Shown piece by piece: positions 13,726 through 25,454 of a stretch of 64,000 nt of DNA. Origin of the DNA: Podarcis bocagei (Eukaryota); NCBI GenBank assembly GCA_964188305.1, contig OZ076893.1. One strand, given 5' to 3'. Position 1 is the first letter of the stretch, and each line of letters starts with the position of its first letter. Both the position numbers and the translations under genes were made by a program. Under the pieces are notes generated by a model. The model had not been told where the DNA came from, did no database searches, and worked only from the letters and a program-made list of their open reading frames with translations.

Positions 13726-13834
13726 TAAATTTTTATACCACCCTTCATCTGAAGATCACCGGGTAGTTTGCAATATAATACTTCTTGCACTACTGCAGGT
13801 AGCAGTTTTAACCAGCCCTCGGAGGTTTTGGGTG

Positions 13835-14275
13835 TTTTTTTTAATGTACATCATTTTATTACAAAATTGTTTAAAAAATACATTGCAATAGTATACAAGA
13901 CAAGGTTGACTACCAATTTTACTACCATTTTTTAAAACTCTGCTCAAAATCAAGCTGTCACTGAATCCAAAGAACAATTATATATGCCTGAACATTTGAC
14001 AATATCAGCTTTTAAAAATCTAACAGTAGTGGCATTCAGCTACTACGTACATTAGAATACAGGTCTCCCTACAATCACATTACCTATACACAACTCTGTA
14101 GTTTTTATACTTAAGAATGAGCTGCACTCGACTTCACATTCTTAGCAAAATCGTTGACTTTTGAGCACAAAATCTTTACAGCAGCTTTATAACTTCACTC
14201 TTCATCTTCATCTTCCTCCTCTTCTTCACCATCTTCTTCCTCCTCATCATCGTCTTCAGGTTCTACTTATTTCGA
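13835..14275 (-). pseudogene. HMGB2: 5'-truncated processed pseudogene (retrocopy) of HMGB2: acidic tail, 3'UTR and poly(A)
   Basis: Minus strand encodes VEPEDDDEEEEDGEEEEEDEDEE*; 3'UTR has TTTTGCTAAGAATGTGAAGTCGAGTGCAGCTCA, AGTATAAAAACT and TTTTGTAATAAAATGATGTACATT, which I recall from the HMGB2 3'UTR; AATAAA at 13855-60 followed by an A-tract. Confidence 0.75.
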
Positions 14276-15169
14276 ATGAGGTGGCTTCATCTCCAGGCTC
14301 TTTTAATGCCCTCCAAAAACAAAATCCTTGCTTCTCAAAGTCAGGTGGAGCTCAGATCCTCCATTTGTCTTTTTTTCACAAATCATTAAGCCAAGCAGCA
14401 GGCGGTGTGTGGTGCTTCATGCTAATAAGCTGGCATCCTTCTTTGCCCCTTTGAAACCTGGGAAGTGCAGCCCTCTCCTGTGGCAAAGGCTCTTTCTCTC
14501 CTGAGGAAGCTGCCCTTCTCAGGCTTTGATGCCTTGACAGGATGCTTCCACCTCAAAGAGAGAGAGAGAGAACGCTGATATTCGCAGGCACCCCCTGCAA
14601 AGACCTCTGGGATTAAATGTGGCAGCCACTCCCGAGCCATAAGGTGATTTTCTGGGTATTTGGCATACAGCCCCTTTATCCTTGCACTGACTGGCGCCTT
14701 CAGGGCAGCTTGCAAGAACCTCCTTTTTACCATCTTGATATACGTTTGCCCTGATAAGATGTATCCCAAAGCTTGCAGTATTCCAAAGCTTGACACCTTG
14801 ACGTTCTGGGCATTGGGGCGTCTGTAGGCCTTGCAGGCCCATGTTTGTGGTGGTAAGGTCAGAAGCACTAGTTTGGTTGTACATTCACTGGCAGATTAGT
14901 GATGCTTTGAAATGCACATCTCTGGAGGCCATAAAGACCTTGTGCGCTATTTATCCCTTCCTCTTGCCAGCAGGAGTCCAGCCAGGCCTGAAAGGATGCA
15001 GAGAGCATGGGGAAATCCCTTTGTTTTGCAGCGCTACTAAGGCAAGTTCCTTGGCAGCTGTAGAGAAACGTATTTGTGTCTCATTGTATGAAGAGGCAGC
15101 CTCCAAGATGTTCCTGGGCTTGGCTCCCGTCAGTTGTAGGTGGCATGGCCAGTGGTCAGCATTCTCCAT

Positions 15170-15325
15170 CACTGTCCGTTTCCAGGGATTCCAAGGGATT
15201 CCCACACAGCAGGGCTGAGGTTGCCAGGCTTCATGTGACGTTTGCAGACATCTTTGTAGCGCAGAGTTGGCCTGCCAATGGGTTCCTGAAGCCAGCTCCC
15301 TTGGGGATTCGGTTGTGGAAACGGA
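15170..15325 (-). mobile_element. Old RTE-clade LINE fragment
   Basis: Minus-strand RIPK/GELASGT/GRPTLRYKDVCKRHMK...WESL motifs. Confidence 0.55.
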
Positions 15326-15359
15326 TCCTGGGATATCTACAGCTTTATGCATTTCCACA

Positions 15360-15711
15360 GTGGGATGCGGGTGGCGCTGTGGGTTAAACCACAGAGCCTA
15401 GGACTTACCGATCAGAAGGTCGGCGGTTCGAATCCCCACGACGGGGTGAGCTCCCATTGCTCGGTCCCTGCTCCTGCCAACCTAGCAGTTTGAAAGCACG
15501 TCAAAGTGCAAGTAGATAAATAGGTACCGCTCCAGCGGGAAGGTAAACGGCGTTTCCATGCGCTGCTCTGGTTCGCCAGAAGTGGCTTAGTCATGCTGGC
15601 CACATGACCCGGAAGCTGTACGCCGGCTCCCTCGGCCAACAAAGTGAGATGAGCGCCGCAACCCCAGAGTCGGTCACGACTGGACCTAATGATCAGGGGT
15701 CCCTTTACCTT
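15360..15711 (+). mobile_element. Sauria SINE
   Basis: Full length, GGTTCGAATCC B box, TSD TTTATGCATTTCCACA. Confidence 0.9.
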
Positions 15712-16517
15712 TTTATGCATTTCCACAAGAGTCTTCCGACCACGCAGTTCCAGGGAATTGCTTCTCCCATCAGCGGAAAGCCTTTTGGGGGTTTCCTCAG
15801 GAGCCCTCAGCACAAGAGAGAACTCCGTAGGTGGCCCAATTATTTTGAACTCTCCAGGCTCCTCCAGGGAGGTAGCAAACATCTTGTTTCTTTAATATGC
15901 AAAGTTAATTAATCCAAAACTGCTTCTGTGCAAAACTTGTTGACCAATTACAGTTCTCAGTACATTTCCACAAAACTGAAAAAACAAGTAAAGAAATCAC
16001 TGGACTGTCCTTAAAGAATTCTTCCTGGGAGTCGGGGAGTTTCCTAGAGGACTTGTTCTCTCTTAAGCAGCAATTTCTGTCTCACTGATTAGTACGTTGA
16101 GGAAAACTACTTAAAACATCATCTGATCATCATCTTTGCTGAATTGGTTTTTGACAGCTAATTTCAAAGTAGTAGCCGACCATGCTGTGTTGTTAAAACC
16201 CTTAACCACCTTGCACAATTGAAATAAATAAAACCACCTTCCAGCTGTGCTAAACTCCAGTGGACTGTCTTTGGAGACAGCTCTCTATCAGCAATGCAGA
16301 TACCGTTTGATATGTTTTGGTGGCCTCCTAAGGAAAAAAAAAAATTTTTTAGATCCCTGTGATAAATGAAAGTAAAGAATACCACAAGAAGCAAATCACC
16401 GTTTAGATCCAACACATTAAGCTAAGAATATGGTTTTATCAGAAAGTGTCAAAATGATGGTACATTAATTGACTGCTGCTTGACCATCCCTCAGTTACAA
16501 ATTGGTAGGAGGGTGGG

Positions 16518-16775
16518 TGTTATGTACTGAAGTTCTCACCCTGGGCCAGCAGGGGGATACTGTAGATAGTTCAGGTCCACATATGCAAATAAGGGATTGA
16601 AAGTGACGTTCAGTGATTGGGTAGTTACAGAAAGTTGTTACAGTTACGTTGTACTGGAGCTCTATATAAGCAGGCTGGCTGAACCCTTCAGTTCAGTTCT
16701 GTTCTGACCTGTGAATAAACAAGAGCTGTTTGGAGAATCGCTGTGTTATCTGATATGTTCACCCACAACTTAACA
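16518..16775 (+). mobile_element. Solo LTR (family A, copy 2)
   Basis: Same termini, TSD GTGGG. Confidence 0.85.
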
Positions 16776-16879
16776 GTGGGTGTTCAGAGTATGGGAAATG
16801 TTGGTTTTACTCATTTATATTTATTTAACAGGCTTTGTATACCAGCTAACCATCAAAACATCTTAGGGGAGCTTTAAAT

Positions 16880-17290
16880 CAGAAAACATATGGAGAATGG
16901 AAAATGTTTAAGGAATATATAAGATTATATTGTAAAAATAATACCATCTTAGCAGAACTTGAATGATACGTCTGAACAAAAAGGAACGAAACAAATACTT
17001 TAGTGTAATGAATGAAAAAGGATATAGAGTAAAGCTGTGCAACAAAACCATGACAATAGAAACAGTATAATGAGAACAATTGGAAGTTTTATGCAGAAAT
17101 TTTTATTTGATGGATATGATTTTGTATAAATCTTTGATTTTTTTTCTTTTCTTTCTTTCTTTTTTAATTACTTTTATGTCTTGATGGTTTCTTTTTTGGT
17201 ATTTAACTTTCCTGTACTTACCTTCGTTGTACATTTGTATTTTAAAACTAATAAAGATTTACCATGAAAAAACAAAACAACAAAACAAAA
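16880..17290 (+). mobile_element. L1-like 3' end
   Basis: EWKMFKEY-like C-terminus, T-rich UTR, AATAAA and A-rich tail. Confidence 0.45.
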
Positions 17291-18191
17291 CATCTTAGCG
17301 TTTGATATAAAATATACATTAAAAGTACCAACAAAACCAGATGTTTAAAACAACTTAGCCTACTAACGGAAAGAATTGAAACCTAAACAAATAACCCTGT
17401 TTCATTTTGGAAGTAAAATCAGCAGATTTAAAAATACGTATCATAAAATGACATATTTAAAATACCCGTCTGGGTTAATAATAATAATAATAATAATAAT
17501 AATTTATTCATTATACCCCACCCATCCAACTGGGTTGACCCAGTCACTCTGTGCAGCTTCCAACGTAATATAAAAACACAAAAAAGATTTTATTGTGCAG
17601 CAAAAACAGGCAGTTTAGTTGCTGCCACACGGAAGGGTCAATGATTACTTGAAGGTACGGAACAAACTCTATGTGGCACTTGTGAAAGTTTGTCAGATTG
17701 ATGATTATAATATGAGATAACCATGTGTCCAGGCAGACATTTTCAGTAGGAGGCAAAGAGTAGAATTCCCTTCCCCCAAAGCTGTGTTTGACTCCTTGCT
17801 CCCTATAAGAGAAGCCTGAAATAATTTCCCTTTCCAATTGTGGCTTGGCTGAGATAAGCTGGAGTGGCTGGTATTCTGTACCAGAAATGAGGGCGATGGC
17901 TCCGTTGGTGCTTTTATATGGTTTTCTTATCTGCTTGACTTGTCTAGTTAATCGGCTAAATTATGTATAGAGTTTTAGCTCTTGTTTTTGTTGTTCTATT
18001 GCAGTCCTTTTACTGTAAGCCAGTTTGGCAGGATCTATGATCCAGAAGAGCAGCATTAAAAACCACTTTAAGTCTATTTACTTAAATAGCATAAAAGACA
18101 TTTAACTAAATAAGCTTATTTAACACAGTCTGAGCCAAGAGAAGGGAAATACCCCCTTTTTCATTAATTTGATTTGAATATGCTAGCAACC

Positions 18192-18455
18192 TGTTACGTA
18201 CTGAAGTTCTCACCCTGGGCCAGCAGGGGGATGCTGTGGATAGTTTTCACTCAGGTCCACATATGCAAATAAGGGAATGAAAGTGACATTCAGTGATTGG
18301 ATAGTTACAGAAAGTTGTTACTGTTGCCTTGCAGTTGAGCTCTATATAAGCAGGCTGGCTGAACCCTCCAGCTCAGTTCTGTTCTGGCCTGTGAATAAAC
18401 AAGAGCTGTTTGAAGAATCGCTGTGTCGTCTGACATGTTCACCCACAACTTAACA
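18192..18455 (+). mobile_element. Solo LTR (family A, copy 3)
   Basis: Same family, TSD CAACC. Confidence 0.85.
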
Positions 18456-19752
18456 CAACCGTACATAATGGTAGGAATTTTGTAAGAAAGATAATTTTAA
18501 GAATGGTAACAGGTGCAAAGTAGGTTTGCTTAACTTGATTTTAACATGCAAGGAGGTAATTTATTCCTTTCTTACTATGCTCAGGATTGTAGAGTGGAGA
18601 AGATTTGGGCAGGATCCCAGGGCATGCATGGGAAGAGGGGAGAGCAAAGATTCTCATGTGCAAGTTGAAATACTTGTGCTGACATAATGTTTAGTGGGAA
18701 CTTCACTTGCATTTTTCTGTCCTAAAATGAGAAACGTTTCCAATAAATAGCCAATGTTTAAGCAATGAATGGTTGATCCTCTGTAATAAATGGTTGATCC
18801 TCAGTAATAAAAGTTTTTAATGACACAGGGTTCAGGGCCAGCTTTCCTTGGGGAAGAGTTTTGAACAAATCACCGTTTCTAGATTGTATCCAAACTAGAG
18901 TATATTTCTTTAGGTTACTGACATCCATTCCAACAAAATTTTAGCTGGCAAATGATCGAGTCAATCCAGTTTATTAAATTTATATGCACTTGCATAGGAA
19001 CTAAATGTCAGTTTGCATTTATTGGTGCAGAAAGTATTGATCTGATATGTAGAGATCTTTCCTAGTCTAATTAATTCAAGAGGGTTCTGGACGTTTCTGA
19101 AAGCTTTGCTGTGTGAAAGAAACAAGCAGAAGGTTCATGATGTTTGGGTTATTCCTTCAGAGAAGCTGAGTACAGCTGGTTTAAACTGGTTGTCTTTCTG
19201 TCACGGTCATGCTGCCTATAAATGAAGGCCTAGAAGGAGCCTGGGCTTCACTTTCTCTATCTCTATGGTGTTCTGTACATTGTATGCTTAGTGAAGGTTT
19301 AGACTTATTATAAGTTATGTTAAGTTTAAGTTAAGTCCACTGCAACTGGGTTATGGACCGTGCCAATCCTGAATGTATTGGATTTGTGACCCTTATGCTC
19401 AATTGCCTTCAAGTAGCAGTAAAGCTCTGCTGGATGAAATATTAATTGCCTCTGGTCTATTTTTGGGGAATCCTGCAACATGGTTCAAGTTTCTACTCTG
19501 CTAACTATACGTTGGAATCTACTCTGGGTCAATATTGAGTAGAATTCCAAGACACTAAAAGCAGTCATTGGGGGGGGGGGCGTGTATTTAAGATGATGTG
19601 TTTTATACTGTATTTTATGCTGGTTTTTGTTGCATCAATTGTCTTAAATTTGTTGTTAGCTGCCCTGAGCCAGATTTTCTGAACTGGGAAGGGCGGGGTA
19701 TAAATAAAATTTATTATTATTTATTATTAACAGCGCATGTCTTGTCTTGCAG

Positions 19753-22323
19753 GTGCCATGCAGCCCGATTGCTGTGGTGGCCAGAACTGAAAGCCATGGC
19801 TAGAATTCTTTAGGACACACATTCTGGACAACATCACACAATAAGCCATCTCGGAGAGCAATCTTGCCTGGGAGAAGAAGCTGCTCTTGCCAAGGACAGT
19901 TGCCCAGCTGCCATGGCTAGCAAAAGGAAATCGACCACTCCATGTATGGTTCGAGCATCTGACGCCATTGAGCAGGAAGTTCCCAAGGACTGTAGCATGG
20001 GAAGGGAAGCAACCAGCACTCCAGAGCAGGATGCGAGCAATGGTTTGGTGGCCGGTAAGGAGAGCTGCGAAAATGACTGTGAGGTGATCGAAGGGAAATC
20101 CTCCCCGGCCAACCCAGCCAGGAAACCCCTCGGAGGCTACGAATGTAAGTACTGCCCCTATTCCACGCAGAATCTGAACGAGTTCACAGAGCACATAGAC
20201 ACCCAGCACCCCAACGTCATCCTCAACCCCCTGTACGTGTGCGCCGAGTGCAACTTCACAACCAAAAAGTACGATTCCTTATCCGAACACAACGCCAAAC
20301 TCCACCCGGGAGAGAACAACTTCAAGCTCAAGTTGATCAAGCTCAACAACCAGACCGTCCTAGAGCAGTCCATTGAGGCGGCGAGCAACTCTGTTGCTGT
20401 GGAAACCCCCGAAATCGAGGTGGTTCCTGTCGGGCCTAGCGGTACAAGCAAGACCACCCCAGTGATTAACGTTGGGAAGCCTAAAGTCGAAGGCAGGAAA
20501 GTTTCTTTAGAGAACCACCTGGATGGGATCCCTCACCTGATTACGGAGGCCACAGAGCCTATCACATGCATTAACGGAGCAGAGCTCCTCCACGATATCC
20601 TGGCCCATGTGATGCCCTCTGTGCAGCTCCCGCCGAACATCAGCCTGGTTCCCAAAGTCCCCGTGCCGCTGAACAGTACCAAATACAATTCCGCACTGGA
20701 CACCAACACAACCATGATCAGCTCCTTCAACAAGTTTCCGTACCCGACGCAGGCAGAGTTGTCGTGGTTGACGGCCGCGTCCAAGCACCCTGAGGAGCAG
20801 ATCCGGATTTGGTTTGCCACCCAGCGTCTGAAGCACGGCATCAGCTGGTCTCCGGAAGAGGTGGAGGAGGCAAGGAAGAAGATGTTCAACGGCACTATCC
20901 AACCAGCGGCCCAGACCATTGCCGTTCTACCCGCTCACGTCGCCGCTGCAAAAATGCCGCAGCCGATGATCCAGACGGCTGTGCCTTGCCAGATACTTAG
21001 CCAGACCGGCCTGGTTTTGACGCAAGTATCAAACGGGTCCAATGTTTCCCCCATTGCCCTTGCCATGGCGGCCAACCAAGGGCAGAAACGGAGCATGCAG
21101 GCCCAGAAGGCAGTCCCAGAAGTCAAGCGCCCGCACGTTGTGGCCCCGGAGGTCTTGTCCAAACAGATTGCCCCCGCTGCTCCGACGAGCACGACCACAG
21201 TGCCCTTGTCTCCTGCGCTGCTGGCGAATGACCGCAAGAAGACCAAGGAGCAAATAGCAGCCCTGAAGGCGAGTTTTATTGTCAGCCAGTTCCCTGATAA
21301 CGCGGAAGTGTACAGGCTGATAGAAGTCACGGGCCTCTCCCGAAGCGAGATCAAGAAGTGGTTCAGCGACCACCGATACCGGAGCCAGCGAGGGATTGTC
21401 CACATCACGAGCGAGTCGCTAGCCAAGGACCAGGTGGCTCTTGTGGCTGCAAGGCAGGCGCGGAACTATAATCCATACCCGGACTTCACTTTCCAGAAGT
21501 TCAAAGGAAAATCCAGAGAACAGCTGGCGGTCCTTGAAGAAAGCTTTATCAAGAGTTCTTTTCCAACCCAAAGCGAGTTGGAAAGGCTCCGGAATGAAGC
21601 CTGCATGACTAGTCGAGAGGTTGAGGCCTGGTTCTCCGAGCGCAGAAAGCTCAGGGATAATATGGAACAAGCCGTCTTGGACTCGATGGGGCCGAGCGTA
21701 AAGAATAAGGAGGAAGGGGTTTCCAACGGTGCCATCGGTCCAACAGAGCAGTTTGACGTCTCCCAGGCAGCGACCTCTTTGTCCAGGTGCTCAACGGCAT
21801 TTGCCCCAAGTAGCCAAGAGCAGGCGCACCTGCTGAAGACCACATTTGCGAGGACGCAGTGGCCGACTCCACAGGAGTATGACGAGTTGGCGGCTCAGAC
21901 GGGGCTCACGAGGACTGAAATAGTGCGTTGGTTCAAAGAGAACAGGAGCTGCCTACGAACCGGGACGCTAAAATGGCTGGACCAATACCAGCAGCAGTAT
22001 GCCGTCGACGGATATGACGAGGCAAAAGGACCAGCAGCCACCGAGACGGCGAGTAGCAGTAGTGAGGGGGTTCAGCAACCCAGTAAAGAGCTTCAGAAGC
22101 CAGAGAAGCAGGACATAGAGGGCCTGGAGAAATCTGAATGCAGTGACCGAGGTAGTCAAGGCAATAACGAGAACAAGGGAAATGTGAGTTGGGTGGAAGT
22201 CACCATCGACGATGACGATGACGCTTTGGACTGTATGGACAGCTGGGGTCAAGCAGCACCGGGAAGCAAAGCAGGTTTTGATTCTGAAAGTATACCTGGC
22301 GATACCTCTCACACCTAAGACAG
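19753..22323 (+). other. ZHX2: ZHX2 coding exon, including 160 nt of 5'UTR and 5 nt of 3'UTR
   Basis: Acceptor tcttgtcttgcag ends at 19752; donor CAG|gtaatg at 22324, 5 nt after the TAA. Confidence 0.8.
19913..22318 (+). CDS. ZHX2: Zinc fingers and homeoboxes protein 2, complete single-exon CDS, 801 aa
   Basis: N-terminus MASKRKSTTPCMVR; two C2H2 fingers (YECKYCPY...HIDTQH, YVCAECNF...HNAKLH); four clear homeodomains (IRIWFATQRLK, IKKWFSDHRYR, VEAWFSERRKL, IVRWFKENR); Kozak GCCATGG; adjacent to DERL1 as in other vertebrates. Confidence 0.97.
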   Translation: MASKRKSTTPCMVRASDAIEQEVPKDCSMGREATSTPEQDASNGLVAGKESCENDCEVIEGKSSPANPARKPLGGYECKYCPYSTQNLNEFTEHIDTQHPNVILNPLYVCAECNFTTKKYDSLSEHNAKLHPGENNFKLKLIKLNNQTVLEQSIEAASNSVAVETPEIEVVPVGPSGTSKTTPVINVGKPKVEGRKVSLENHLDGIPHLITEATEPITCINGAELLHDILAHVMPSVQLPPNISLVPKVPVPLNSTKYNSALDTNTTMISSFNKFPYPTQAELSWLTAASKHPEEQIRIWFATQRLKHGISWSPEEVEEARKKMFNGTIQPAAQTIAVLPAHVAAAKMPQPMIQTAVPCQILSQTGLVLTQVSNGSNVSPIALAMAANQGQKRSMQAQKAVPEVKRPHVVAPEVLSKQIAPAAPTSTTTVPLSPALLANDRKKTKEQIAALKASFIVSQFPDNAEVYRLIEVTGLSRSEIKKWFSDHRYRSQRGIVHITSESLAKDQVALVAARQARNYNPYPDFTFQKFKGKSREQLAVLEESFIKSSFPTQSELERLRNEACMTSREVEAWFSERRKLRDNMEQAVLDSMGPSVKNKEEGVSNGAIGPTEQFDVSQAATSLSRCSTAFAPSSQEQAHLLKTTFARTQWPTPQEYDELAAQTGLTRTEIVRWFKENRSCLRTGTLKWLDQYQQQYAVDGYDEAKGPAATETASSSSEGVQQPSKELQKPEKQDIEGLEKSECSDRGSQGNNENKGNVSWVEVTIDDDDDALDCMDSWGQAAPGSKAGFDSESIPGDTSHT

Positions 22324-22575
22324 GTAATGATGGGGATTGTTTGTTGACCTAACACTGGCCATGGTCCTCCTTGGCTCAACGTTCTAATTCAGGGGTTGCA
22401 TCCAGATATAGCAGCTTCCACTTGTGCAGCAGGACTTCCTCCTCCCCACCCCCACAGTTCCCAGATCTGCTCTGAAGTGTTAGAGGAACATCAACACACT
22501 TGCAGACGGTGGTGTGCAATCAGTGGACATGGGGAACTAGGCTTGCCCCCCAAATGTTCCTGGTAAATTAGAGTA

Positions 22576-22828
22576 CAGTCATATCTCTTGTTACTTTTGC
22601 TTCATGTTATGTTTTTTCAGGTTGCATCCCGCGGCGACCCGGAAGTACCGGAAAGGGTTACTTCTGGGTTTTGATGCTCGCGCATGCGCAGACGCACAAA
22701 ATGACATCATGCGCAGAAGCGGGAATCGCAACCCACGCGTGCGCAGACGCACCGCTGCGGGTGCGTTCCTTTCATGTTGCAAACGGGCCTCTGGAATGGA
22801 TCCTGTTCGCAACCAGGGGTACCACTGT
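22576..22828. mobile_element. Related Tigger-type MITE
   Basis: TA|CAGTCATA...GTACCACTG|TA; CCGGAAGTACCGGAA core shared with 23797-24033. Confidence 0.7.
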
Positions 22829-23796
22829 ATTAAAGTATTAAAGCCTGGCACTTCCTTCCCAAAGCCTGGGAAGCTTCTGTGTCATGCTTCGACAGGGTCC
22901 AAGAGCCCTTCTGCCACCTCCCCAAAGCCTGTCCTGCTTTGGGAAGGAGGCAGGAGGGCTGCAACATCTTGTCGGAGGCCTGGCACCTTTTCCCCAAAGC
23001 CCAGGCAGCTTCTGCCCATCTTAGGGAGGGAGAAGTGATGCTCACGCACTCAACACGCCTGGCAAATTTCAAACGCCACATGTATTTGGCTGTAGATTGG
23101 AATCGAGAAAAATATTGACCTGTTTTATATGCTTGGGAAACAGCAGCCTCTGCTTTTCAGATCCACCTTAACTGATTAATCATAATCCAAGGAGTCTCCC
23201 AATTCTCTGTGTGTGTATTTTGATTTCATTTATCTGCCCCTGGCTTAGTGCCTTTTTAAACACTCCTCATTGCTGAAAATGCAAGCTTAGGCCCTCTAGT
23301 GGGAAAAACATACAAACTCTGACATGCTTATTAACATGGTCTCATCATGCTTTCGGGACACCATCCAGCAAAGAATTGGTAACACTTAAAGTCAGCATGT
23401 TTGCTATTGAAAATATTGTATTGTATTGTTTGTAAGCTGGGGTCAGGTACTAAAGATTTCTTTTTGATTGTAGGGTATCTTAACGCAGTTGCCACAGGAA
23501 CTGCACACAGTGGACCCCTGTAAAGGGCTGCTTAGTACCAGACAGAAATCTGAAAAATTAATTTGGTTAGCTTCAGCATTCTCCTTACTATTTCTGTTAG
23601 TAAAATTGGGAGTTTTCTGTGCCCAGGTGGGCACAGTATGGCTTAATAAGGCAAGCACAGAATGCAGGGAATGAGAGGTGACGGGTGCGGATCACATGCA
23701 ATACGCCAGGTGTGTTGCGCAGGTCTATCCTTTGGCAAGCATTTGGCATCCAGGTAACTTACTGGGGGCGAGAAGAGATGCTGTCTCTTACAAATA

Positions 23797-24033
23797 CAGT
23801 CATACCTCGGGTTACAGAAGCTTCAGGTTGTGCTTTTTCAGGTTACGGACACACCGAAACCCGGAAGTACCGGAACGGGTTACTTCTGGGTTTCGGCAGT
23901 CGCGTATGCGCAGAAGCGCTAAATTGTGCTTTGCAGATGCGCCAAATTGCAACCTGCCCATGCACAGACGCGACGCTGGGGGTTGCGAACGTGCCTCCCG
24001 CACGGATCACGTTCGTAACCTGAGCGTCCACTG
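23797..24033. mobile_element. Related Tigger-type MITE
   Basis: TA|CAGTCATACCTCGGGTTAC...CCACTG|TA. Confidence 0.7.
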
Positions 24034-25454
24034 TACACTCCTCTGCAAGCTTGCTCAGAAATAAGCCTTGCTGAGTCCAACAGGGATTTAATTCCCAGGT
24101 AAGTGTGTGTAGATTTGCAGCCAGGCAGAGCAACCCAGTAAGGGAGAATGAAGATGACTTCTTTTTACGGAAGCTTTTTATGGGCTCCAGCCGTTGTTTG
24201 TTTGTTTTTAAATCCTTACCACTGGTCTTGGTGCAAGGGGAAATTAAGTATGTCACTTCCAGGGCTGGCATACACCCTCCCCTGCAAAAATAAATAAAAT
24301 TATGGGCATGTCTAAATGAATCCAGCCACTCCAAAGCCTTCCCCTACACACACAGCTATATTTGTTTCAATCCAGGTAAGAAGACCCATTGAATTTCATG
24401 TACCTGAGTTAGTGCCCCACAGCCAAAAAGCACAAAGGAGGATTGTTGCTGGTGTGCAAACTATGTTCCGTTTTGCAAAATAATAACCGTATTCCGTGCA
24501 CTCGTTTGTTTATCTGTCATAGGCATATCATTCAGCTTTCTAGACCTATATTTCCACTCTTTGGGAGTACGCCGTCACTGACCCTGGGAGCAAGCAGGAT
24601 CTTCGGAAGCAGGGAAATCCAACGGGTTTTGCCTCCCGGTTCAAGGCACGTGGGTACAGTTGCGGTGGAGAAAGGACAGTCCTGGGAGCATCACTACAGA
24701 TCTCACGGTGCCAAATTTCCACCAGGGGACTTTACTAACAAGGGCCCTTGTACATAGGTTTTTTCCCGCAGCGTCCAACTTGCTTGCCTCCCATTGTAAC
24801 TTCCCATGTACAACGTGGAGATGTCTCGCTGCCTTTCCTGGCTGGTGCGTACGCTGTGGATTCTCATTGCCATCTCGAGGTCGCGATTTGGCTTATCGGT
24901 TTTCTTGAAAATTAGTTACCGCTGCGTCTACATCCATGACGACTTGGAAACCTTTTTGGCCTCCTGCACGTTTCTAAAGATGTTTTTCTATTTTCGCAGA
25001 GAGAGTTTACCCACCTCAACACATTTTTACCTGTTCAGTCTAGGGCTAGCTGCTCGTTGTGACTTTCTCAAGAGCCTTTTATTTGCAGTTGGCTCCCTTT
25101 TGTTCCTCTGCATGCAGGAAAAGCAGCAAAAACATTTGTCCAGGAGAGACAGCCGATCTCTTTAACGCATCCTGCATTTCACCATTTGCCAAAACATCTG
25201 GATTATGGAGCTCCAGAGTTGTTGACAGTACGCCTTGGCTTGTTCTAAGCACCTTTTTCTACTACATGTAGTACAATCCTTTTAAAAAAAAAAAAGACTT
25301 TACAATGGAGGGCTTAAGCTTCTTAATAACCGAACTTGCTCATAATTCTTTGTTTGGTGCAAATACAGAGACTTATTTTTGTCAGCCTTAGGTGCTCTAG
25401 TGCACAACGTGGTTTCTTGAACCCTCAGCCACTACATCTTTCCTTTGTTTCTAG

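Noticed and set aside
13353-13891. Poly-N, poly-Y and poly-I ORFs (also near 62.7 kb)
   Set aside because: Microsatellite translations
14951-15882. About 190-aa minus-strand ORF obtained by removing the SINE
   Set aside because: No recognisable protein; the informative motifs are frameshifted RTE LINE remnants
19727-22312. Many 70-160 aa ORFs overlapping ZHX2 on the opposite strand or in other frames
   Set aside because: Shadow ORFs of a GC-rich coding exon, with no domain signatures
24700-25110. CpG-containing unique stretch with a minus-strand AG...GT exon-like segment at about 25031-25107
   Set aside because: Frames are interrupted and there are no linked exons; could be chance
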